A DNA stretch of 64,000 bases from positions 1,002,304 through 1,066,303 of the forward strand of contig JBFXAQ010000001.1 of the NCBI GenBank assembly GCA_050184115.1, given 5' to 3'. Source of the DNA: Gammaproteobacteria bacterium (GTDB taxonomy: Bacteria > Pseudomonadota > Gammaproteobacteria > Ga0077536). Positions 48,301-55,776 of the stretch are shown here, piece by piece. The notes beneath the pieces are model-generated. The model saw nothing but the letters and a program-made list of their open reading frames with translations, searched no databases and was not told the origin of the DNA. Each line of letters starts with the position of its first letter. The first letter of the stretch is position 1. The position numbers and the translations under genes are program-made.

Positions 48301-50256
48301 GATGGCCGTGGCGTAGGCGCCGGGAATGCGGCGGTCGGTCAGCATGGCGTGCTTCGGATCGACCTGGCGCACCACGTTCATCGCGTCGAAGATGTCGTCT
48401 TCGCCGTCGACCGCGAGCAGGGCGCCATTCTCCAACGCCGTGTTGAACTTCTCGAACTGCTCGTTGAACAGCCGGTTCTCCGACTCCTGGATGTCGCGCT
48501 CGAGATCGGCGAGCACGCTCGAGTCCTTGTACACCGCCGACAATGCCTTGGCCTGTTCGACCGTCCGGCGTGCGCCGGTGAAGTCGAACTGTCCCTTGTC
48601 GACGGCGAACTGGGCGCGCGCGCGCCCTTCGAAGTAGCCGATGATCTCGTCCTTGGCCGCGGTGAAGATGCGGTCGCGCTTGTCCGCCGCGATGTCGTCG
48701 GTGGTGAGGTTGCCCAGCATGGTCTCGATCTGCGCCGCATCGCCCGATTTCGCCATCGCGATGCGGGCTTCGATGTCGCGGTTCTCGAGGTAGTTCTTGG
48801 CCGGGAAGAAACCCGCGATGATGACCAGGGCGGTGATCGCCGGCACCATGACGAAGGGGTTCTTCCACGGCGAGGTCGCGCCCTCGAATTCCTCGAGGAA
48901 CTGCCCGGTGCTCTGGCTGCGTCCTGCGCGCTCGAATGCCAGGCCGCGCTGCAGGCCCCGCCACTGCTTGCGCGTGAGGCCCTTGACCGGTTCTGGCGAG
49001 AGGCCGGCGTCACGCGCCTTGTTGGCCGGGATCTTGTTGAACGGGTGCTTGCCCGTGAGCAGTTCGTAGGCGACGCAGGCCAGCGCGTAGATGTCGTCGC
49101 GCGGATCGGGTTCCTCGCCCTCCAGCATCTCGAGACTGGCATAGGCCGGGGTCAGCGCGCCGAGTTTGCCTGGATCGAAGATGGTCGTCTCGCCCTCGGC
49201 CGCGCCCGGCGCCTTGACCGCGCGTGCGATGCCGAAATCGAGCACCTTCATCTGACCTTCCTTGGTGATGAAGCAGTTGCCGGGCTTGAAGTCCGAATGG
49301 ACGATGCTGCGGTCGTGGGCGTAGACGAGCGCGTTGCCAAGGCCCTGGACCATCGGGAACGCTTCGGCGAAGGGCAGCCCGCCCTTGGGCTTGACGACCT
49401 TCTTGATGAAGTCGTTCAGGGGCTCACCGTCGAGCACTTCCATGACGAGGAAAGCGAGGCCGTCCTCGGTCTGGTCGAAGTCATAGACGGTCGCGATGTT
49501 GGGGTGGGCGAGCTTCTGCTGGCGGCTCGCTTCGCGCTGCAGGGCGATGAAGGAATCGGGATGCTGCTTGAAATCCTCGTTGAGGACTTTCAGTGCGACT
49601 TCCGGTTTCTTGTCCTTGGCCCGGACCTTGATGAGATCCCTGCCGAGGTAGACCGCGCCCATGCCGCCCTGGCCGAGCACCTTGGTCAGTTCGAAACGGC
49701 CGCGCAGCACGCCGCCCGGTCCGAGGCGCGTAGTTGCCGCACCGGGCTCGGGTTTTGCCCAGTCGGTGCCGGTCTGGCCGGTATCGGTGCCACCGCTCGG
49801 CCACGACGAGCCGGTCTGGGTGCCGCTGTCCGAGCCGAGGTCGAAATCGATGCCGGTGGTGTGGCCGGACATCGGCGTCGCGGCAGCGGTGCCGTCGACG
49901 ATCTCGGTGGCGTCGTCGCCGGGCGGGGCGGTGCGTTCGACCCGCGTTGCGTCGTAGTTGTTGCCGGAGGTGATGTCGAGGATGCCGGTGTCGTCGCCGT
50001 CGCCCGCGTACTGCGTGCGTTCGTCGTCCTGGCCGCCGAGCGGCGCGGCTTCCACGTGACGCGCGACGCAGGCCCGCAAGCGCGCGTAGGTTTCGGTGTC
50101 GATGACGTCCTCGGTGACCGCCTGCTTGAGCTGGTCCATGATGGCGACCGCGGCCTGTGGCTTCTTGCGCAGCAGCTTGTCGATGTTCCCGGCGACCGAA
50201 TCGAACTCGATTTCGCGGCGCGACAGGCGCTCCAGTGTGGTCTTGAAATCAGCCAT
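45304..50256 (-). CDS. Membrane Ser/Thr (Hanks-type) protein kinase with long extracytoplasmic helical region and C-terminal FGE/SUMF1-like domain (1650 aa)
   Basis: LGQGGMGAVY, VALKVL, HSDFKPGN, KVLDFGIAR, DDIYALAC; one TM (FVMVPAITALVIIAGFF, about 48800-48860); C-terminal FRLPTIAEW, YVGNVQEWV, RGGAF, GFRV. Confidence 0.92.
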   Translation of the reverse strand: MADFKTTLERLSRREIEFDSVAGNIDKLLRKKPQAAVAIMDQLKQAVTEDVIDTETYARLRACVARHVEAAPLGGQDDERTQYAGDGDDTGILDITSGNNYDATRVERTAPPGDDATEIVDGTAAATPMSGHTTGIDFDLGSDSGTQTGSSWPSGGTDTGQTGTDWAKPEPGAATTRLGPGGVLRGRFELTKVLGQGGMGAVYLGRDLIKVRAKDKKPEVALKVLNEDFKQHPDSFIALQREASRQQKLAHPNIATVYDFDQTEDGLAFLVMEVLDGEPLNDFIKKVVKPKGGLPFAEAFPMVQGLGNALVYAHDRSIVHSDFKPGNCFITKEGQMKVLDFGIARAVKAPGAAEGETTIFDPGKLGALTPAYASLEMLEGEEPDPRDDIYALACVAYELLTGKHPFNKIPANKARDAGLSPEPVKGLTRKQWRGLQRGLAFERAGRSQSTGQFLEEFEGATSPWKNPFVMVPAITALVIIAGFFPAKNYLENRDIEARIAMAKSGDAAQIETMLGNLTTDDIAADKRDRIFTAAKDEIIGYFEGRARAQFAVDKGQFDFTGARRTVEQAKALSAVYKDSSVLADLERDIQESENRLFNEQFEKFNTALENGALLAVDGEDDIFDAMNVVRQVDPKHAMLTDRRIPGAYATAINTALENEDYDYADELGQIGLGLIPDSANLANLTDKIAGARDRAQTRARILTAIAAIQQAEDSDEGLAAYVDVAGAIADLARADPGNELLEKLRTTVQPLAVKDLAALESSKAWGKSALMGGDFKSLLRGLGLHELNARAAALGVQFDGTVSTERNAVTAAVASGEVTPQAEQALQRLAAIAPRNVRTQNARDQVAMALLQRAYGARDDGRYDAADQALAAAVAVAPRDNVTALVGAEQARVAAERGLDDAARTAARAQRQSRFDQRLAEVRAQIGTLGLEPAAYDQALAGLEELAALNPGSAAIDELRGTLAQAINDGARRMGEADRWDDAVDVTRRALIDLPGANELATSLASLEDSRRQFVVEQEKKLVADAKRDIEQLLQEPTADRDWRASVRQKMEDIIALGEPGDPWLAENGRRIAQTYIERATAMRGEQRFAEGANLLADAERFAPDAPGLADERAALAAATEAFEREQAEQARLARVDGLKETFQTQARANDVVAAQKTLDALRVELGDTQDAFVEKEAPRMLAAAYYKLATQRAAATDFAAALRFAKACAELQPERLDCKNAVRDYTVDGNKQDLEKIFARGGNFDLGEVMSKISEVQVLDPGVFSRSEGQWAQALGQRLEGLKESAGTGANSVIEQAKELFAGNQLIAAIELVKLEVPPSRYAAEVNAAMDKAMLGEARELLKKANESEAEHPDIVRLKATFNARVGDAKELFDTYKKQYTAGAYEDALATMEKALSVWADSGTFRKEHARVVAKLHPTDTGGTATDTGDRPIAPPLPATDPCEARLAGHGKRQKGTCFYFVSGNQRGPTMVVVPKGSGVDKAFAIGKFEVAVGDYNRYCVLSKSCEPRRGVEARQPITGISVEEAQAYVAWLSERTGEKFRLPTIAEWTYAAEAAGDQPKKDYNCRLEQNGQLLKGQGTMGVNTGKPNGWGLYNYVGNVQEWVTSGSGVVARGGAFEDTFSKCDITLEKNHDGQADEATGFRVVMDLS

Positions 50257-50364
50257 GAATTCCGTCTCCGCGCACGTCGTGGTGCGCCAGGTAAGCGTCG
50301 CCGCTGCGAGCGGCCGTGATGCCCGGGCCGCCGGTGACGGCCATGCTGATGCCTGTCTGCGTGC

Positions 50365-51093
50365 TCATGCCGCGGCGACCTCCACGACGCAGACCGTCAC
50401 ATTGTCGATGGCGCCCCGTTCGAGGGTCAGGTCGACCAGCGCACGCGCCGCTTCGGCCGGGGTGCCAGAGGCGAGCAGGCGCGCGATCTCGGGGTCCTTG
50501 ACGTGCTTGTCGAGACCGTCCGAACACAGCAGGAAACGGTCGCCGCCGGCCAGCTCGTACATGTCCATTTCCATTGCCAGCGAGTCGGTGACGCCGACCG
50601 CGCGCGTCACCATGTTGCCCGACGGGTGTCCCTCCGCCTCGCTGCGATCGATCAACCCCTTCTCGATGTAGGCCTCGATCTGCGTGTGGTCGGTGGTCAG
50701 CTGGTTGAACTCGCCGTCCCGCAGGCGATAGAGGCGGCTGTCGCCGGCCCACATCGTCACGGCATGGCGCCCGCGCATGAGCAGGATCACGACGGTGCTG
50801 CCACTGGTCTGGTTGTGCGCGTTGGCGACCTCGAACAGCCGCGCATTGACGTGCATGACGGCGTCTTCGACCTGGTCGACCAGCGGGGCCAGATCGTCCC
50901 CCAGGGTCAGCTTGCCGAGCGAATTGACGATGAGCTGGCTGGCGAGGTCGCCCGCCGAGTGGCCGCCCATGCCGTCGGCGACCACCCACAGGCCGTCGCC
51001 GCAGCGCTCCAGGCCGGAGTCCTCGTTCAGCTTGCGGACCTTGCCGACGTCGGAAATCAATGCCGACGTCCAGCTGAAGGGCTTGTCGCTCAT
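50365..51093 (-). CDS. PP2C-family Ser/Thr phosphatase (Stp1/PppA-like)
   Basis: DVGKVRKLNED, VADGMGGH, WAGDSRLY, LCSDGL, DNVT. ATG at 51093. Confidence 0.93.
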   Translation of the reverse strand: MSDKPFSWTSALISDVGKVRKLNEDSGLERCGDGLWVVADGMGGHSAGDLASQLIVNSLGKLTLGDDLAPLVDQVEDAVMHVNARLFEVANAHNQTSGSTVVILLMRGRHAVTMWAGDSRLYRLRDGEFNQLTTDHTQIEAYIEKGLIDRSEAEGHPSGNMVTRAVGVTDSLAMEMDMYELAGGDRFLLCSDGLDKHVKDPEIARLLASGTPAEAARALVDLTLERGAIDNVTVCVVEVAAA

Positions 51094-51187
51094 AACGTCC
51101 AGTCTTGCAGTCACTTCGGTTCGCGGTGCCCGCTCGCCGGACCGTACGCGGCGGCGCGGAAAGCTCCCTGGCCCGGCAGGTCGTGCA

Positions 51188-52087
51188 TCACCCGTCCGTC
51201 TTGAAATGCACGATTTCCTGCGGGTTCTCCGCGAACGAACGGCCGAGGCTGATCTTGCCGCTGCCGGTGAGGGGCATCTCCTCACGGCGCAGGAAGGCCT
51301 CGCTGCCATCGCAGAAGACATACGTGCCGTTGGTGCTCTGATCGATGATGAAGAACTTGCCCCGGCGGTGTTCGACGCGCACGTGCTGGCGCGAGGCGAG
51401 GGCTTCGGCCACGGCGATGTCGGCGGTCTTGCTGCGCCCCAGCACGACCTGGCTGCGTTCGGCGTCGACGGTAACGCGGTCATCGTGGTAGCGCAGGTCG
51501 AGCTGCGCGCGGTTGATCGGTTCGGGGATGACCCCGGTCGACATGCGCGTGACGTCTTCCTGCTGCCACAGCACTTCGAAGATGTCCATCGTCTCTTTCT
51601 TGCCCTTGACGGGCGCCCGGTCGATGAAGCGCGAGCTGGCCTTGAGGATCGGCGGCAGCTCGTCGATGGTCGACTGGGTGGTGATGATCTGGCCGGCCTT
51701 GGCCATCGAGGCCATGCGCGCGGCGACGTTGACCGCATCGCCGAAGACGTCACCCGCCTCCAGGATGGCCGGACCGTGATGGAGGCCGATACGGATGGCG
51801 AGCGAGATCTGACCGGCCGAGGGGCTTTCGACCACCTCGTCCTCCAGCATCTCGTGCATCTCGCAGGCGGCCGAGACCGCGCTCTCGGCGGTCGGGAAGG
51901 TGCACATGAGCTCGTCGCCGATGGTCTTGATGACCGAGCCGCCGTGGCGCTTGGTGACGTCCGTCAGCACCTGCAGGCAACTCGCCACCTGGGCCCGCGC
52001 CGGCCCATCGCCCAGGACCTCGTACAGGCGCGTACTGCCGCTGATGTCCGCGAACACGATGGTCAGGTGGGTCGTTTTGGGGGCCAT
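51188..52087 (-). CDS. Class III adenylate cyclase fused to a C-terminal FHA domain
   Basis: VFADISGST, IKTIGDELM, RIGLHHG, GDVFGDAVNVAARM: metal Asp pair, ATP-specifying Lys/Asp and Asn/Arg all present. FHA motifs LGRS, SRQH, STNGTYV. Confidence 0.92.
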   Translation of the reverse strand: MAPKTTHLTIVFADISGSTRLYEVLGDGPARAQVASCLQVLTDVTKRHGGSVIKTIGDELMCTFPTAESAVSAACEMHEMLEDEVVESPSAGQISLAIRIGLHHGPAILEAGDVFGDAVNVAARMASMAKAGQIITTQSTIDELPPILKASSRFIDRAPVKGKKETMDIFEVLWQQEDVTRMSTGVIPEPINRAQLDLRYHDDRVTVDAERSQVVLGRSKTADIAVAEALASRQHVRVEHRRGKFFIIDQSTNGTYVFCDGSEAFLRREEMPLTGSGKISLGRSFAENPQEIVHFKTDG

Positions 52088-52190
52088 GCAGAAACCCGGT
52101 CGCGTCCTCGGGATGATCGGTCAGCTGGGTGCTCGAGCGGCCGCGCGAGGGACGCGGTCGACAGGGGCGGCCAAGGTCGGCGTGCGCTGA

Positions 52191-52219
52191 AGTTTATGGA
52201 ACAAGTCTCTATACATCAA
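52191..52219 (-). promoter_or_regulatory. sigma70-type promoter for the cyclase-phosphatase-kinase-FGE operon
   Basis: Minus strand TTGATG-N17-TAAACT within an A/T-rich patch about 100 nt upstream of the cyclase ATG. Confidence 0.55.
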
Positions 52220-52355
52220 CACGTTTCTGGCCGCGACGGCGAAGGGCGGGCGACCGGATCGGAACGTTCGCGCGGCGCCGCGCGCGATGTGCGCGAGTGT
52301 CCGGGCGCGTTACACTGCGCGCCGCCGGCGATGGACCAACAGAAGGAATTCGAAC

Positions 52356-53366
52356 ATGCGGTTGATACCTGTGCTCGGGGCGGTGGCGCTCGGCGCTCTG
52401 CTGATTCTCATCGGTGCGTTCGGTGCCCGTTGGTTGGGCCCGTCCGACGCCGAGGGCACGGTCGAACTCGTCGACAAGCCGGCAGCGCCGGCGCCGACGA
52501 CGGCTTTCGAGGCCCATATCGACGTCGACGCATTGCGCGAGCTGCTGGCCGTGCTGCCGGCGCAACAGCGCGCCCAGATCCTCGATGACGCCGATAACTT
52601 CGCCAAGTTCGTCGAGCAGGAGACGGTCAACCAGGCGGTCCTGGCGGCGGCCTACGCCAACGGCGCGGATCGCAACGAGGCTATCCAGGTACTGATGCAT
52701 CGCGCTGGCCAGCGGGTGCTGGCGGAGGCCTATCTCAACCAGGTGGTGCGCGGCAATCTCGACCCGGCGTTCCCGTCGGACGAGCAGGTGCGCGAAGCCT
52801 ACGACAAGAACCCGGACGCCTTCCGCGTGCCGCGACGCATGCACATCTGGCAGATCTTCCTGCCCTATGGCGATGGCGAAGACGCGGCCAAGCGCAAGCA
52901 GGCCAGCGAACTCGCCAAGCGGCTCGTCGCCGACCTGCGCGCCGGCAAGACCACCTTCGAAGCGGCGGCGAAGCAATATTCCGGGCACCAGCAGAGCCGC
53001 CTCAACGAGGGCTACATGGGGCTGATCCGGGTCGACGAAATGTTGCCGGCAGTGGCGGGTACGGCGGAGGCCTTGCCGGTCGACGGCATCAGCGATCCCA
53101 TCGAAACCGCCGACGGACTCCATATCATCAAGCGCGGACAGGCCATCGAATCCGAGATGCTGGCCTTCGAGGCCATCGAACCGCAGGTCCGCGAGCGTCT
53201 GCGCCGTGAGGCCGCGCTGAAAATCCGCCAGGCGGCGTTGGAGAAGATTGCCGCGGAGTTTCCCGTCGACCGCGGCGACGGCGACGCGGCGGCCTGGCGA
53301 GCGGCCCTCGAGGACCAGCCGGCCGCAACGGCCGCGAACCCCGCTGCTCCCGCAAGCGAGCCGTAG
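52356..53366 (+). CDS. Parvulin/PpiC-type peptidyl-prolyl isomerase (PrsA/SurA-like foldase), N-terminally anchored
   Basis: Hydrophobic N-terminus; EQVREAYDKNPDAF, HIWQIFL, FEAAAKQYS, GYMG, ISDPIETADGLHIIK; AAGGA ribosome-binding site. Confidence 0.85.
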   Translation: MRLIPVLGAVALGALLILIGAFGARWLGPSDAEGTVELVDKPAAPAPTTAFEAHIDVDALRELLAVLPAQQRAQILDDADNFAKFVEQETVNQAVLAAAYANGADRNEAIQVLMHRAGQRVLAEAYLNQVVRGNLDPAFPSDEQVREAYDKNPDAFRVPRRMHIWQIFLPYGDGEDAAKRKQASELAKRLVADLRAGKTTFEAAAKQYSGHQQSRLNEGYMGLIRVDEMLPAVAGTAEALPVDGISDPIETADGLHIIKRGQAIESEMLAFEAIEPQVRERLRREAALKIRQAALEKIAAEFPVDRGDGDAAAWRAALEDQPAATAANPAAPASEP

Positions 53367-53462
53367 CACGACTGCACCACCACGGTGCGGCAAGCCGTGC
53401 GCGCGGTTCGGGCGGTCAAGTTTGTTGCGCTGCGGAGTTCGCGGGCAGGGGCAATTTCGCGT

Positions 53463-53492
53463 TTGCTGGCAAGGCGTTTGCGTGGGTATACT
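53463..53492 (+). promoter_or_regulatory. Candidate tpsB promoter (overlapping sigma54-like and sigma70-like readings)
   Basis: TGGCAAGGCGTTTGC (53467-53481) is GG-N10-GC. TTGCTG-N18-TATACT (53463-53492) overlaps it. Confidence 0.45.
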
Positions 53493-53572
53493 CCGCCGCT
53501 GAGGGCGGATAGCTCTTGGACCGGATGGGTTCCAGGGGATTCAGGGAGTTAGGGGGACAACGTAGATTGCTC

Positions 53573-55549
53573 ATGCGAATCGGAGCCACCTACCGCTGGG
53601 CGCGTGATCGCCATCGTCCCGGATGCCTGAGCGCCGTCCTGCTGCTCGCCGCCACGACCACGAGCCATGCCGCCTTCATCGAGGCACCGGACGCGGTGCG
53701 GCCGGGTGCCGTCCGCCCCGGTACGGGCAACGCCGTGCAGATCGCCGATCGCTCCGCCCTGCCGATTCCGTCGCGCCCCGGTGCCCTGCGCCCCGGCGAC
53801 GGCGCCGATTTCGAAGTCAACGACACCTCGCTCGCACAGCTGGCGGACCTGCCGGACGCGGCGCGCCCCGGTGCCATCCGGCCAGGCGAGGACCGCAAGC
53901 TGATCCCGCCGGAACCGCCCGCGGAACCCTTGTTCGAAGTGCCGCCCGTGGCCGATCGCCCGTTGGAGATCGACGAGGGCGAGCTCATCGAGGTATCCAG
54001 TTTCGTGCTCACCGGCGCGCAGGATCGGCCGGAATTCGATATCGAGCTCAGCGCCGTGCAGGGCATCGTCGACGCCGCGTTGGCCGATCGGCCCGACGGC
54101 TTCACCGTCGGCCGCCTGCAGGAAGTCGCTGACGAGGTCACCAAGTATTACCGCGAGCACGGTCTGATCCTGGCCCAGGCTTTCGTGCCCGTGCAGACAG
54201 TGGAAGACGGCGCGGTCAAGTTGCAGGTCATGGAAGGCCTGCTCGGGCGGGTCGTCACCGAGGGCAACGAACTCTACAGCGCGGAAGTGCTCGAAGCGCC
54301 GTTCCGCTCACTCGTCGGACAACCGATCACCAAGGACGCAACCGAGTCGGCCCTGCTGCGGGTTTCGGACCTGCCGGGCCAGTCGTCATTCGGCGTGTTC
54401 CAGCCGGGTATCGAGGTCGGCACCGCCGACATGGTCGTCAAGGTGCAGGACGAGGACCGCCTGGAGCTGGCCTTGCGCGCGGACAACCACGGCATCAGCG
54501 AGACCGGTCAGAACCGCTACCTCGGCAAGGTGACCTGGAACAATCCGCTCGGCCAGGGCGATCGTCTCGATGTCACCGCGCAGCACACCGCGGTCCCGGA
54601 CAACACGTTCTTCTACGCCGTCGACTACGAAGTGCCGGTGACGGGTCTCTACGACAGCGTCTTCAACATCGGCATCAGCCGCAACCAGTTCGACGTCGGC
54701 GGGCAGTTCCGCGACTCCGACATCTACAGTGATATCCGCAACTATTACGTCGCGCTCAGCAACGACCTCATCCGCGGCCGCCTGATGAATCTCAGCGTCG
54801 GTGCGCGCTTGTCGAAGAAGCGCAGCGGCACCAAGTCCTTCGGCCGCGGCGTCAGCATCGACAGCCTCACGGTTGCCGCGTTCGAACTCAACTTCGACAA
54901 CGTCGACGCCCGCTTCGGCGGCCTCAACGCGGCCTATTTCGAGATCGCGCACGGCTTCAACGATTTCCTCGGCGCCATGGGCAAGACGCCGGCGTCGATC
55001 CAACCGTCGCGCCAGAGCGGCACTGGCGAGTTCGCCGTGGGTGAATTCAACAAGGTGTTCCTCAGTGCGTCGCGGTTCCAGTCGCTGACGCCGCTGTGGG
55101 AGAAACTCGACAACCACAACCTGCTGCTCACCTTCGAAGCGATGTGGTCACCCGACCTCCTCGTGCCGCTCGAGCAGTACAGCGTCGGCGGTCCGAACAA
55201 CGTGCGCGGTTATCGTCCGACCGAGCAATTGTTCGACCGCGCCCTGTTCGCCTCCCTCGAATGGATCATCAATGCCCCGTTCATCGCCGATGCGCCGGCT
55301 TTCGGCAATCGCACCTGGGGTGAATTGATGCAGTTTTCAATCTTTTACGATTGGTCCACGGGCCAGTTGAACAGTGCGCTGCCGACGGAGAAGCAATCCG
55401 AACGCTTCAACGCCATCGGTTTTGCCCTCTCGTTCAACAACCCGAAGGTCTTTTCGAGCAAGCTCACGATCGCCACGCCGGTGGGCAGCCCACGCCCGGA
55501 GAACGACAAACGACCGCAATACTGGGTCGATTTGAACTTCTTCTTCTGA
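53573..55549 (+). CDS. ShlB/FhaC/HecB family two-partner secretion transporter (TpsB)
   Basis: Signal peptide; POTRA (LQEVADEVTKYYREHGLILAQAFVPVQ); ADNHG, NNPLGQGD, GGPNNVRGY (VRGY motif); C-terminal Phe. Confidence 0.93.
   Translation: MRIGATYRWARDRHRPGCLSAVLLLAATTTSHAAFIEAPDAVRPGAVRPGTGNAVQIADRSALPIPSRPGALRPGDGADFEVNDTSLAQLADLPDAARPGAIRPGEDRKLIPPEPPAEPLFEVPPVADRPLEIDEGELIEVSSFVLTGAQDRPEFDIELSAVQGIVDAALADRPDGFTVGRLQEVADEVTKYYREHGLILAQAFVPVQTVEDGAVKLQVMEGLLGRVVTEGNELYSAEVLEAPFRSLVGQPITKDATESALLRVSDLPGQSSFGVFQPGIEVGTADMVVKVQDEDRLELALRADNHGISETGQNRYLGKVTWNNPLGQGDRLDVTAQHTAVPDNTFFYAVDYEVPVTGLYDSVFNIGISRNQFDVGGQFRDSDIYSDIRNYYVALSNDLIRGRLMNLSVGARLSKKRSGTKSFGRGVSIDSLTVAAFELNFDNVDARFGGLNAAYFEIAHGFNDFLGAMGKTPASIQPSRQSGTGEFAVGEFNKVFLSASRFQSLTPLWEKLDNHNLLLTFEAMWSPDLLVPLEQYSVGGPNNVRGYRPTEQLFDRALFASLEWIINAPFIADAPAFGNRTWGELMQFSIFYDWSTGQLNSALPTEKQSERFNAIGFALSFNNPKVFSSKLTIATPVGSPRPENDKRPQYWVDLNFFF
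53687..53887 (+). repeat. Three imperfect RPGA[V/L/I]RPG peptide repeats in the TpsB N-terminus
   Basis: PDAVRPGAVRPG (53687-53722), PSRPGALRPG (53768-53797), PDAARPGAIRPG (53852-53887). Confidence 0.9.
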
Positions 55550-55571
55550 GCGGGCACTCGACCCGTCGGCG

Positions 55572-55599
55572 GGGTGCACGGTTGCTGGGCCGTGCACCC
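55572..55599 (+). terminator. Hairpin after tpsB (terminator or processing site)
   Basis: Perfect 10-bp stem GGGTGCACGG-N8-CCGTGCACCC, 22 nt after the stop. No U-tract. Confidence 0.4.
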
Positions 55600-55670
55600 G
55601 CATGGTCACCGGGTGGTGCGTAGCACCGCTTTCGCAGGCGCGTGACATTCGCGAGGTAGTGGAAATCCGG

Positions 55671-55714
55671 TGTGAAGTGATTCACGGACCCGCCAACTAC
55701 CTGATAACTAAACT
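55671..55714 (+). promoter_or_regulatory. CRP-family binding site plus -10 element (class II CRP-type promoter) upstream of tpsA
   Basis: TGTGA-AGTGAT-TCACG (55671-55686) matches TGTGA-N6-TCACA at 9 of 10 positions. TAAACT at 55709-55714 puts the site centre at about -42. GGAGG ribosome-binding site at 55761-55765. Confidence 0.7.
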
Positions 55715-55776
55715 GGCCCGACTTCAGAAACGGGCGCGCGGCGCATCGAGTGCGCCAGCCGGAGGGTGTTGACGTC

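Noticed and set aside
43582-52087. Calling the kinase/phosphatase/FHA/FGE genes a type VI secretion cluster
   Set aside because: No structural tss, hcp, vgrG or clpV genes in the window, and the FHA is fused to a cyclase. A T6SS elsewhere in the genome cannot be excluded.
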